Assembly: GCF_001194135.2 (NCBI RefSeq)
Contig: NC_068983.1
Location: forward strand, 159,289,075-159,351,958
Source of the DNA: Octopus bimaculoides
Taxonomy: Eukaryota
Length of the DNA: 62,884 nt
Direction: 5' to 3'
Each line of letters opens with the position of its first letter. Position 1 is the stretch's first letter. A program made the translations under genes and the position numbers. The notes under the pieces are model-generated. The model saw nothing but the letters and a program-made list of their open reading frames with translations, had not been told where the DNA came from and did no database searches. Shown piece after piece: positions 25,896-38,662 of the stretch.

Positions 25896-26782
25896 CTGTA
25901 AGAAACTTTTGATAGAATTCTCTTTTTTTGGTTAGTATACCTACGGTTATCCGGAAAATACTTATCTATAGCGGGTAGAAATGTTTTTACTTACATTTAA
26001 TCAAGGGTCAAGGAGATACAGGCCTTGATTAACTGAAATAATTCATGTTCTTTTTAAATCTAAGAACTCCAGCAACCTACTGAATTCGAGATCGGAAATT
26101 TTCACAGGATGCAAACATTTCAACAAGTTCTGCTATCTAACTGGATAACAGCGTCCTTTTCGGGTTAGGCACAAAAGCTTACGAACTTTAGCCTTTCCCC
26201 ATCGGATTAACTTCATCAACCATTGTTAATTTATATATAAAGTTAAAAGTAACAAAAAGGGCACAGATCTTATCTCCCCTTTCCTCCACCCTTACTTTTC
26301 TCGTTTTTTTTCTTATTCCCTCGTTTTTTTTTTATTTTTCCCTTTCATTCTCGCCTTTTCTCTGAGAGCATATAATATAAACATTTAAACACACACACGC
26401 TCATGAATCTGCAGTAATGGTTGGCCTATACTTCAGTGGGAATGTTTAATAAAACCAAAACATATATAGAGTTGTGTCACCGTACTGCTTAAAGACCACA
26501 GCCACTCTCCACTGCATTCCAAAATTAACTAACTTTAATTAATCTAAATTTCAGAGTTATCACCCTTGCGTTCCTGTTTTACTAGAGAATCAGTAATTTA
26601 GATATTGTTATTGTGAGTAAACCTATAATGTTAATCCATTAATTAAAATGTTTAGCTTTTTTTACCGAAGATAATCTAGCATTTTATTAAATACTAGTGC
26701 ACACACAGGTTTAGTGAAATATTCAAGCTTCAAACTCTCAAGATTATTCAAATGTACACGTAATATATATTCAAGATAGGAA

Positions 26783-26997
26783 AAGGCGGAGAGCAGGCAG
26801 AACCGTTAACATACCGGGTAAATTGCTTAGAGGCATTTCATCCGTCTCTACGTTCTGCTTTCAAATTCCACCGAGGTCGACTTTGCGTTTCATTCTTTTC
26901 GGATCGATAAAATAAATACCAGTTGAACACTGGGATCGCTGTAATCGACGTACTATTCCCCCCCCCCAATTCCTGGCCTTGTGCCAAAAATTGAAAC
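26783..26997 (+). mobile_element. SINE family A
   Basis: aaggcggagagcaggcagaaccgttaac...ccgaggtcgactttgc...ggccttgtgccaaaaattgaaac. Confidence 0.85.
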
Positions 26998-27472
26998 TAA
27001 TATTTATTATAGATAGAATATATTAAAAGAAGCTGAAAAAATTTAGAAGGTAATATCGAGAAGGGAAATAAGAGAATGAAAGTGTGTGTGTGTGTGTGTG
27101 TGTGTGCGTGTGGGTATGTGTGNNNNNNNNNNNNNNNNNNNNNNNNNNNNNNNNNNNNNNNNNNNNNNNNNNNNNNNNNNNNNNNNNNNNNNNNNNNNNN
27201 NNNNNNNNNNNNNNNNNNNNNNNNNNNNNNNNNNNNNNNNNNNNNNNNNNNNNNNNNNNNNNNNNNNNNNNNNNNNNNNNNNNNNNNNNNNNNNNNNNNN
27301 NNNNNNNNNNNNNNNNNNNNNNNNNNNNNNNNNNNNNNNNNNNNNNNNNNNNNNNNNNNNNNNNNNNNNNNNNNNNNNNNNNNNNNNNNNNNNNNNNNNN
27401 NNNNNNNNNNNNNNNNNNNNNNNNNNNNNNNNNNNNNNNNNNNNNNNNNNNNNNNNNNNNNNNNNNNNNNNN

Positions 27473-27527
<55 letters not shown>

Positions 27528-28140
27528 TTTTATATTGTCTAATTCATTTCTTCTCTCCATCACCCTAACTTTCTTCCTCTCTCTACACACAAATACATGC
27601 GTGTGCACTCACGCACACACACACACACACACACACGTTCCTATGTACACATACATCCACATACAACGCATATATAAATATATATGTAATAATGCATGTA
27701 TAAGATAGAAATAAAGCGAAAAGCATAGGGAGCAAGTGAAAGAACGAAGAAGATAGAACGAAGATGGCAGACGCCCGAATAGAGAAAGTAAATTGGTTGA
27801 GACGAAGGAGAGAATATGCCGACTTAGTGTATGTACACAAAACAACGAACGAAACGTATTTATTGTGGTCAGTAAATAATTATAAATAGTACATCTGTGA
27901 GACTATCCATGATATTTTGATTAGAAAACTTACACACATCTCTGATCGATAACCACTTACTCTGCTTGTCTAATCGATACCATTCATATTCACTCTTTCT
28001 CTGCAAAGAAACTTAGACACTGGCATAATGGAAAAAAAAAAGAAAGAAAGAAAAGAAAAAAGAACGAAGGGAACAAACCCTGAAAAATGTTTCTCAATTT
28101 CGAAAATTTGTACAATATATGGGACTGTATTATTAAATTA

Positions 28141-28330
28141 GGCACACAGCGTGAAATCTTTGAGGAGGATATAGTCAATTACATAAATATCCAATGCCCG
28201 ACTATAATTTATTTTATTGACCCTGAAAGGTCTGACTTCGGCAGATTTTGTACTTCGAAGGTAAAGACGGACGAAATTCCGCTAAGCACTTTGTCCGGCG
28301 TGCCTCATGATTCTGTCAGCTAACCGCTTT
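28141..28330 (-). mobile_element. SINE family A
   Basis: gaccctgaaagg...aaagacggacgaaattccgctaagc...gattctgtcagctaaccgc. Confidence 0.75.
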
Positions 28331-28347
28331 TAGAATGTATTATTAAT

Positions 28348-28557
28348 CCTTTCTACTATAGGCACAAGGCCTGAAATATTGGTGGTGGTGGTGGTGGTGG
28401 GGATACTAGTTGATTACATCGACTCCAGTGTTTCACTAGTACTTAATTTATCGACCCCGAAAGTATGGATGGCAAAGTCAACCTCGGTGGAATTTGAACG
28501 CAGAATGTACTGTTAATATCGTCGGGCGCGCTAACGATTCTGCCAGCTCACTGCCTT
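28348..28557 (-). mobile_element. SINE family A
   Basis: cctttctactataggcacaaggcc...gattctgccagctcactgcctt, with an internal (GGT)n. A further degenerate copy follows at about 28630-28745. Confidence 0.85.
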
Positions 28558-28821
28558 AGAATGTAATATTTAGGACATGGATATATCTTGATGACTTTTA
28601 AATAATTGTGTCTTACAGTATTAATTGATTCAGTGAATGATCAAAGGCAGAGGTGGCCCCGGGAACACTTGAACTCAGAATATAAACAATCAGAACAAAT
28701 ACTGCAAGAATTATTTTCCGACATCCTAAGGATTCTGCCAATCCGTGCACGAACACACACACAAGCGCGCGTGCACGCTCAGAGTGATAACCAGATATTC
28801 AACCTGTCAAGATTGAACTTC

Positions 28822-28852
<31 letters not shown>

Positions 28853-29860
28853 TACGTATATATAGTATAGCTCTTGGAACATTAATTGTAAATACATCGC
28901 AACTATTTGTTATTGACAATTTGCTATTTCATTTTGCCCTACTTATAATGAGGCAATGAGGGGCCCGGGCGCACAAGTGGACCGTTGAGGTGTTTTTTTT
29001 GTGGGACCTTATGAATAGATATTTCAAATTTTATGNNNNNNNNNNNNNNNNNNNNNNNNNNNNNNNNNNNNNNNNNNNNNNNNNNNNNNNNNNNNNNNNN
29101 NNNNNNNNNNNNNNNNNNNNNNNNNNNNNNNNNNNNNNNNNNNNNNNNNNNNNNNNNNNNNNNNNNNNNNNNNNNNNNNNNNNNNNNNNNNNNNNNNNNN
29201 NNNNNNNNNNNNNNNNNNNNNNNNNNNNNNNNNNNNNNNNNNNNNNNNNNNNNNNNNNNNNNNNNNNNNNNNNNNNNNNNNNNNNNNNNNNNNNNNNNNN
29301 NNNNNNNNNNNNNNNNNNNNNNNNNNNNNNNNNNNNNNNNNNNNNNNNNNNNNNNNNNNNNNNNNNNNNNNNNNNNNNNNNNNNNNNNNNNNNNNNNNNN
29401 NNNNNNNNNNNNNNNNNNNNNNNNNNNNNNNNNNNNNNNNNNNNNNNNNNNNNNNNNNNNNNNNNNNNNNNNNNNNNNNNNNNNNNNNNNNNNNNNNNNN
29501 NNNNNNNNNNNNNNNNNNNNNNNNNNNNNNNNNNNNNNNNNNNNNNNNNNNNNNNNNNNNNNNNNNNNNNNNNNNNNNNNNNNNNNNNNNNNNNNNNNNN
29601 NNNNNNNNNNNNNNNNNNNNNNNNNNNNNNNNNNNNNNNNNNNNNNNNNNNNNNNNNNNNNNNNNNNNNNNNNNNNNNNNNNNNNNNNNNNNNNNNNNNN
29701 NNNNNNNNNNNNNNNNNNNNNNNNNNNNNNNNNNNNNNNNNNNNNNNNNNNNNNNNNNNNNNNNNNNNNNNNNNNNNNNNNNNNNNNNNNNNNNNNNNNN
29801 NNNNNNNNNATATATATATATATATATGTATATATGTGTACACATATGTACATATATATT

Positions 29861-29898
<38 letters not shown>

Positions 29899-31637
29899 AG
29901 TTACGAGTTCAAATGAGAGTGAACACCACAAACAATCAAGCTGTACACGCCAGTATATAAGTGTCTTCAATAACTCATTATAACATAAAAAGAGGTTGTC
30001 TGTTGTATCAAAAAATAGCATAGAATTGTTAATTAGGGTGAAGAGCAATCAGCAATATACGGACGGCTCTTTATTAAACGATAATTGGGACACTAAAGTA
30101 TAGCTTTGACTTCATGCAGTGTATCTTGATAAAAACTGAGTTCATCGCTTTATAGCTCTAAAATCTTCCCCACTATAATATATTCTGTTATTGTATCAAC
30201 TATCATCGATGCTCCTTAGCCTTTAGTAGTCAATGAATTTTTCAGTTGTCTTCATAATACTATAAAGCCAGAAATTCTGAGATGTTTTCTAGTGTGATCT
30301 CAGTTCCAAAGATGTTCTCACTACATAGAAACCACATGTCTCCATGCATCTAGGCTTAATTAGGATAAAGCATGATATCTGCTTTTCATGTTTTTTTTGC
30401 ACGATTTTTTCTTATTTGACATCTAGAGCTATAAATGCATTTCTGCGCATGCACATAGATACACACGCATACACATAGATGCACACACGCACACAGTCAC
30501 ACATGTAAATTATATCCTCACATATGTATATTTACACATAGCAACAACTAACTAGATACATTAATCACATGCACATGTATGTATGTATATTAAAAACTAA
30601 GTAATTAACATCTATGGTAGTAGCCTTACACGTTGGAATAATGGTGTAAGGTAATAATGCAGGAGACACATCAGATACATTTGCTGTTATTACAAAGGGT
30701 AGGAATGTATACTAATGCTGCTCTCCATCTTTCTCGTAACTGAGTTTACATACGGTCTCGCCAATAGGCATAGCTTTTCAACGTTACTCAAAACGAGAAG
30801 TCCAGCGATCTGTCAAAGAGAATTACAGCATACAAATGACAGAGCTCTTGTCGCTCATACGTCACAGATAATACAGAGAATCCTTGAAGTGTTCTTCGCA
30901 GCATCTAAAATATAAGATTCCAAGATAAACATAAAACGGTTTCAAAGTTTATGATATTATAGTGAAAACTGTACAATACTTTATGTGTACTATCAGTACA
31001 ATATCGAAAGATTGATGCCTTGACATTGAGCTACAAAACGAGAATAGCAAAAGGTTGTACAACGTTTGGATGCTTTGTCTATGGCTATGGAACAGTTATA
31101 TTTCTATAAGAACCCAATTCAAAGACATTCGACAAGAATCAAGTGAAGAGAATCCTGCATCCAGTTATGGAAATGTCTTGGAGTGACAATGATTCTCAGC
31201 AGCGAAATAAAAGAGTGGGAAGGATTATCATGTTGGAAGATTCGGAAGACCCCAAGAAGAAAACCTATATGTCAGATGTAGCAACTCATCTGGAAGACTA
31301 CCCGAGCGCAAAACTACTTTTAAGTGCTATGGAAGCATAATTGACCCACCTTCTAAAGAATGGGGTATAAATTTTAATGTCATGGTCATACGTACTCCAT
31401 CAAAGAAACTCAATGAATGATCGCGGTTAAATAACTATGAAAGTAGTCATAATCACTAGCGACTGACAAAATCAACAAATGAATACATACATACATACAT
31501 GCATACATACATACATATATATATATATATATTCATAATGTATACGCATATTTACATAAAAGCACAAACACATATACGTGTACATACAAATTGTATTAGT
31601 TCATAGAAACACTCAAGTACACACCGCACAGATACAG

Positions 31638-31741
<104 letters not shown>

Positions 31742-32094
31742 ACACACATACACACACTGGTATAAATATGTATTTTATTGATGTAATTATATTCTCGTAC
31801 ATTGACTTACAATCAAGCAGACGTGTCTAAAAAACAATATATAATTGAAGTAGGCAGCACGCAGCGCTTGAAAAGCAAGCTTAAACAAGAACGCTTAATT
31901 CTGCAAACCGTTGTCAAAGGCGTTTAATATATTCGGAGTCATCAGGCAAGCTTCTATGTTTGAAGTTCTACGAATATTTTATAGTAGACATCGTAGTGGG
32001 ATTATACACCATCATGTGTGAAAGTAAATATTTTCAACTTTCTATAATCTTTGTTTAATTTATAGGGTATTTTTTTGGTCTTATTACATATTTT

Positions 32095-33549
32095 ATGACC
32101 ATGTCACTAACTGAAGAACAACAGCCAACTGACCAATATAACAAAGCGAACGAATTACCAACAATAATAAATAATGGAAATGGACAGTATATGACTACAT
32201 CAAATTATTTACCATGGAAACCATGTATGAATCCAATTAGGGATATAGAAAATGGTATTGGTAAAACATGTCAGCTTAATAGCATGGAAGCTTTCATTGT
32301 GCCTCCTACATATCGATGTGTCCGAAATCCTTTACACACTCGAAATACGATCTGTGAATGGGACAGTGCTAATCGCACTAATTTTTATCTTCTGGATTCT
32401 CTTCTTGAGAAAGATCAAGCATCAATCCTTGATAACCGTAGATCATGTAAAGAGGCTGATGATAAAGCTCGTTGGGAACAGAAAGAGACCACGCTTAGTT
32501 TGGGAAAGCGTATCTCTGAAATAATATTTTGGAGGAACAAGATTTTTGCAGAAGCTGATAAAATGTTGAACGAATCAACAGCCTTAAACAACACCAAAGC
32601 TTTGCTTGACGAACTAAGAGAATTACTTGAAGAAACGCTCAAAATTGATCGGGAATGCTTGTATCTTAGAGATAAAAGAGAGAAAATGGATCTTGCTCAT
32701 GATCCTCTTGAAAAACTGTTAGTTAGCGAAGTTGATTTGATACTGAATTGGAAGGCTAAAATTCAAGGCGAGTTGGAAAAGATTGTCAATCAGCAAGCAT
32801 TAAATCGTTATGCACAAAGCCACCTCGAAAAAGATATCTCAGATAAATTTACGGCAGAGGAACTTGATGAATCAGCTTATCAGAAGCAGAATACATCTGA
32901 AGGGCTGTCTTGTCATAAAGATGTTGGAGTAACTGATTCTTGTGTCAGCGATCATAAAACTTGGTTGGCTGCTACTCTTGAAACGATTAAACATAGTGAG
33001 AAAGAGAGAAATGCCTCCACACTGCTCCGTCGGCACATCGACTCTTTTATAGACAGATTATGCCACGAAATCTTAGACCACTGGAATAAGACAAACGAAG
33101 GTTTGCGGTACAGCATTAAAAATATTTTGGATATTCGAAACAAACTCAAAAACCGCCTTGGTCAACTTATCGCAGAAATGTTTCAGCTCAATAAAAGTAT
33201 AGAGTCCTTAAGGAAAAGCATTGCGGATAAAAGAACCCAGTTACATGTTGCCAATACTAGGTTAGAGATACGCCGTAAGCGCCCCAATATGGAAGCCTGT
33301 CGAGGTGCTGCACAGAGTAATTTATTTAAAGAAATAGACGAAATAAAGAAAATAGCAGAAGATCTCCAAACTAAGCTGTGTTATACTGAAAGTGTTCTCG
33401 AAGAAATGAAATCAATGAAAACGTTATTAGAAGAGGAGATCGCCTCAAAAAATAGTGCCCTATATATTGATAGAGAAAAATGCTTAACTCTGAGGAAATT
33501 TTTCCCAGTTTTGAAAGTTTTATCCAGACGAATTTTTCTATCGAAGTAA
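32095..33549 (+). CDS. TEKT3: Tektin (Tektin-3/5-like), 484 aa, single uninterrupted coding exon
   Basis: The only long clean ORF. Coiled-coil tektin motifs LGKRISEIIFWR, RECLYLRDKR..DLAHD, LEKDISDK, ERNAS..LR, EMFQ...IESLRKSIADK, signature RPNMEACRG (canonical RPNVELCRD) and LYIDREKC..LRK.FP. These best match my recollection of TEKT3. Orthology is unproven, so treat it as TEKT3-like. Confidence 0.93.
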   Translation: MTMSLTEEQQPTDQYNKANELPTIINNGNGQYMTTSNYLPWKPCMNPIRDIENGIGKTCQLNSMEAFIVPPTYRCVRNPLHTRNTICEWDSANRTNFYLLDSLLEKDQASILDNRRSCKEADDKARWEQKETTLSLGKRISEIIFWRNKIFAEADKMLNESTALNNTKALLDELRELLEETLKIDRECLYLRDKREKMDLAHDPLEKLLVSEVDLILNWKAKIQGELEKIVNQQALNRYAQSHLEKDISDKFTAEELDESAYQKQNTSEGLSCHKDVGVTDSCVSDHKTWLAATLETIKHSEKERNASTLLRRHIDSFIDRLCHEILDHWNKTNEGLRYSIKNILDIRNKLKNRLGQLIAEMFQLNKSIESLRKSIADKRTQLHVANTRLEIRRKRPNMEACRGAAQSNLFKEIDEIKKIAEDLQTKLCYTESVLEEMKSMKTLLEEEIASKNSALYIDREKCLTLRKFFPVLKVLSRRIFLSK

Positions 33550-35186
33550 TCAAATTGGATATGATTATCACAGGATGTGTTACATATACTTCTTAACTTT
33601 ATAATGATCCTAAGATACGTTTAATGACAATATTAGACAGTTACATGAAATATGTATTATAACGTTCTTTTTTTTTTGAAAATATTTCTTTCCTTCTTTT
33701 ATAAATACATCTAGCCACATTAAGTGAGGCACCACCGTTAACACAGTTATTTTCGCATTAATCTGATACTTATACAATTCAGTCAGGTAAATGTTTTTGG
33801 ACATCTGTTTTCAGAAACGGAGGAATATTTCACTTCTGAAATATTCTTTCTCGGACTAAATATTGAAAATGACTTTATAAATCAGAAGTAATCTTCTGTC
33901 ATGTCTCTTCCTGTGAAGTAATTTTTGCTTTCATATGAAACTACACGAAAGCCAATGTTTTTCGCCGAACATTAAATGAAGCAGCAATGTTTTTGACTAT
34001 GACAACATTAGTGACATCAATATTTTTGAATAATAAGCTTGTCAACAAACGTTCTCAGTCAAACGAGTATGTGACATTACGCTTTCGGTGCCCACTGCTT
34101 TCTTGTGAAATACACTTAAGAAAAAAAATCATGTTGTATATAAAGTTAACTCAGAAAACGCTTTGATAATTTTTGAAAAAGATCTATGTAATCGCATCGT
34201 GAGATAAAACTTATTTAGTATATTTTGAGCAATTTACTTATCATTTTTTTGTTCATATATATTCTATCTATTAAACTTTAAAATAATTGCAATGATTGAA
34301 TGGTTAAGCTTACGATAAATTAATCTGCACAAAAACATATTGTCTTGGATTTCGTAACTTTTCATTTTTAGTTTCCGTGAAAACTTGTAGTTAGCTCATG
34401 TATTTAATACAATAAGACACTAATAGGATTTCATAAACCTATGTATATATNNNNNNNNNNNNNNNNNNNNNNNNNNNNNNNNNNNNNNNNNNNNNNNNNN
34501 NNNNNNNNNNNNNNNNNNNNNNNNNNNNNNNNNNNNNNNNNNNNNNNNNNNNNNNNNNNNNNNNNNNNNNNNNNNNNNNNNNNNNNNNNNNNNNNNNNNN
34601 NNNNNNNNNNNNNNNNNNNNNNNNNNNNNNNNNNNNNNNNNNNNNNNNNNNNNNNNNNNNNNNNNNNNNNNNNNNNNNNNNNNNNNNNNNNNNNNNNNNN
34701 NNNNNNNNNNNNNNNNNNNNNNNNNNNNNNNNNNNNNNNNNNNNNNNNNNNNNNNNNNNNNNNNNNNNNNNNNNNNNNNNNNNNNNNNNNNNNNNNNNNN
34801 NNNNNNNNNNNNNNNNNNNNNNNNNNNNNNNNNNNNNNNNNNNNNNNNNNNNNNNNNNNNNNNNNNNNNNNNNNNNNNNNNNNNNNNNNNNNNNNNNNNN
34901 NNNNNNNNNNNNNNNNNNNNNNNNNNNNNNNNNNNNNNNNNNNNNNNNNNNNNNNNNNNNNNNNNNNNNNNNNNNNNNNNNNNNNNNNNNNNNNNNNNNN
35001 NNNNNNNNNNNNNNNNNNNNNNNNNNNNNNNNNNNNNNNNNNNNNNNNNNNNNNNNNNNNNNNNNNNNNNNNNNNNNNNNNNNNNNNNNNNNNNNNNNNN
35101 NNNNNNNNNNNNNNNNNNNNNNNNNNNNNNNNNNNNNNNNNNNNNNNNNNNNNNNNNNNNNNNNNNNNNNNNNNNNNNNNNNNNNN

Positions 35187-35223
<37 letters not shown>

Positions 35224-36993
35224 ATAGTTTGAGTATCTACAAGTAAGTTTGTGTTTCAGTCCATGCATATGCAATTTTTTCTTTTTTTTATATACAATTT
35301 GGAATAATGTTTGATATTGTGACAATTCCAAAATATTCTCCCTTGGTTTGTACATATCCTTATCTTCTTTCTAGTTCTATATCTTCTTCTTTGCCATCAA
35401 CTCCGATGAAGTGAAGTAATCTGTGTGTAGTCTCTTGTGAGAATCTGAGGTAGATTTTTCCACCACAGACTCATCACTGTGGTACTCTATTAAGCCGCAT
35501 CTATATAAGTTTTATTACATCATTGAAATTAATTCAAATCCTAGCGGTTTCATCCAATTGCTGCAGACTTACATACATTATATCGGTGCTTATTATTCAC
35601 TATCAACCATTTGTTATTGACATAAATTTATCTGCTTTGCTGTTTGGCTATTGTATTGATATTACATCATGTCACTGAAGTGTACGCCTAACCAAATTTC
35701 ATTGGATATTATTTTTTAATATATGCAGATTTTATGCTATTTCAGTTTGGTTCTGCCCATATAAAGAATTCCGAAGTTTTTTGATCTTATAATTTACTAT
35801 TGTTTTTCCTCGTGAGGATAGTTCTTAATGGTGGTGGTGGTGGTAGTGGTGATGGCAATGATGATTATGGCAACAACGACAATGCTGATGCTGATGAGGA
35901 AGATGGTGGCGAATGTAATATAGAGAAAGAGGAGCACTACTGTACTGGTTGTGGATGAATGATTTGAAAATCAAGTTGAAAACAATTGAATTTTTATAAT
36001 ATCGTAAGAGACAGCAGATATATTTCGAAAAAGAAAATTAAAAAAAAATGTGCAAAACCACGAAAAGGATTCAATAACTAAATGCATCGAATACAACAAA
36101 GAAAATGTTTAAATAACAGAAGACATTATAAAGAGAAGAAACAGCGATGTAGTGTATTTGTTGTTACTAGAAGCCAGAATTGCCACTTTTAATAGATACA
36201 AAAGTGTCTGAATTATGTTTTAGTTTTGAAGCAATCTTATTGTTTTTCTTTTTTTTAATAACTGTTCGGAAAAAATCCTTTGATCATCCGAGGCTTCTAT
36301 ATTGCAATATTGCTTCATAACAGTTACACAGGAACATTAATTGCAATAAAGAAATAACACAATACATTGTGATCTCTTGCAAAGAATATAAAGCTTGGTG
36401 ATGTGCCAATGCTTTACATGTATTTATGTTTTTTTTTTTAGCTAGATGAATATTTTCATGCATCGATCGAAGCGAGATGGTTGCTTGCATGTTGTATCGT
36501 CTTGTTGGGAAGGGTCATTGCATGTTACGACTATGTGAAAGCGAGCGGACCCTTTTATTTCACACCTTGTGGCGGGAGAAGGATAGTGTGTAAACAGCAT
36601 GGATTATTTGATACACATCAAATAAATAATCAAAATAGGAAAATTTATGATAATTTTGAACGAAGGACAAAAATCAATTTTTACTAGTTAAAGAAATATA
36701 TGACGAAGCTAATAACAATCGCATTAACGTCGACCGATTCCAAAGTAGCCTATCTGTTGCACCAAAGATTACTAGTTGTACTATGAATCTCAAGTAGTAT
36801 TATAGACAATTAATTAGAGTAAAACTAGCAATGTCAACAGAAGTATTTACTTGTACTAGGTTTTCAGTATAAATCTCTAACAACAATACAATCTCCTGTT
36901 TGCAGTATAGGGTGTTGGGTGTCATATAGGATACATGATATACTGTACACTACTAATTACGTTACAGACTACTAATTAAGCTATACCTGACTA

Positions 36994-37145
36994 GTTGCAC
37001 GATAGACCACTAGTTGTACTATTGGCCTCTGGTTGCACGATAGACCACTAGTTGTACTATTGGCCTCTGGTTGCACGATAGGCCACTAGTTGTTCCATAA
37101 GCCTTCAGTTTTACTCTAGGCCACTAGTTGTAGTATGTGCTTCCA
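36994..37145. repeat. Minisatellite of 19-bp units, partly organised as a 38-bp dimer
   Basis: gttgcacgatagaccacta and gttgtactattggcctctg alternate. About 8 units, with a degenerate extension back to about 36770. Confidence 0.85.
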
Positions 37146-38140
37146 AGTACACTATGGTCTGCCGGGAAATCTTCAAACATTTAGATGCGCTGCTAAATGC
37201 TAAGCATGCAATGCAGTACCAGTTAAAATCCCTGAATGCTTTAGAAGGTCGAGCAAAATATGACAATCAAGAATAGATAACGGAATAATCTTGTACGCAG
37301 AAATATCTTGATATCTTGAAATTCAAAAATTTGTCTACTTTTGAAATTGTTCCAAGTTTATAACAAAACTACAATCATATTCTGATATTTCAAGATTAAG
37401 CATGAATTTTACCTACTAAATGATTGTTAGTGAGAAATGTGTGCAAGATTTGGTGTTTTGGAGGCAAGAAAAGGTTACAAAATATGATAGGTCATCACGG
37501 AAATATGATGCCTTGATATCTCACTATTCGAATTCCTAATCATCTTCAAAAAGTATGTTTTTAAGCATGCCAAAACTTTCAGTTTAGATTCATAGAAAGT
37601 CGGTGACAATGTAATAGGAAAACAGTACAACATTTTATAGTTTGATAGGGCTGTTTGTAATGAGAATTAATACTCCTCAGTATCCTTTAAGTATTTATAG
37701 AAAGATAAGATACGAAATGCACAAACAATTTCAAGAAGGCTCTTTCATAACATTAAGATAGCATTGTTGGGCGATAACCAATTAAAATGCTCAGGAGCGT
37801 CATTAGAGAATGTCTTAGGTCGGGGATGCTGACTGAATCAGAAAAAGTTTCTCTATTGTTTGGTTAACAAAGTTTGAAACATTTAGACACATTTAACCTA
37901 CAAGAGAATTATAAAAAGCATCGCTTTTCTTCCTCAATGAATAGTATCAGTAGGACAGATTTAAAGAAAGAAATGAATGCTACAGTTTTTGACTTTATGT
38001 AATCGTTTGTTGGTATCTTGGAAATAGAAGATTGATATACAGAAAAGAAGGCAGCTTTTTTTGTGGTCGGAAGGGAAGAAATTACAAACTTGCCTTTCAA
38101 TGAGCTTACGCCCTTACTAGTTTGTATATGTATGTATGTA

Positions 38141-38187
<47 letters not shown>

Positions 38188-38662
38188 NNNNNNNNNNNNN
38201 NNNNNNNNNNNNNNNNNNNNNNNNNNNNNNNNNNNNNNNNNNNNNNNNNNNNNNNNNNNNNNNNNNNNNNNNNNNNNNNNNNNNNNNNNNNNNNNNNNNN
38301 NNNNNNNNNNNNNNNNNNNNNNNNNNNNNNNNNNNNNNNNNNNNNNNNNNNNNNNNNNNNNNNNNNNNNNNNNNNNNNNNNNNNNNNNNNNNNNNNNNNN
38401 NNNNNNNNNNNNNNNNNNNNNNNNNNNNNNNNNNNNNNNNNNTATATATATATATATTGTATGTATGTATGTATGTATGTATGTATGTATGTATGTTAGG
38501 CTTTTATTCGGCATTTTTACTATTCAAAGAAAAGCTTACCAAGTAGGAAATAATAAATAGTGCTAGTATTCCAGATAGGTAAAAGAGTGACTAGACTGTA
38601 TACTGAAGTGAAAATATAAGTACAGAAGATTTTATTTCATTTGTCTACAAGGCTTAAATAAC

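Noticed and set aside
30715-31340. Two short plus-strand ORFs upstream of the tektin
   Set aside because: They are about 65 aa each, with no tektin or other motif and no good splice signals linking them to 32066.
32252-33571. Alternative-frame and antisense ORFs inside the tektin
   Set aside because: They are shadow ORFs of the real coding sequence.
35340-35510. Minus-strand exon-like stretch (YHSDESVVEKSTSDSH...)
   Set aside because: The acceptor is weak (ttaatag), an in-frame stop follows after about 36 codons, and there is no good donor.
36994-37145. CRISPR-like appearance of the 19/38-bp repeat
   Set aside because: The units are contiguous with no unique spacers, there are no cas genes, and the context is eukaryotic.
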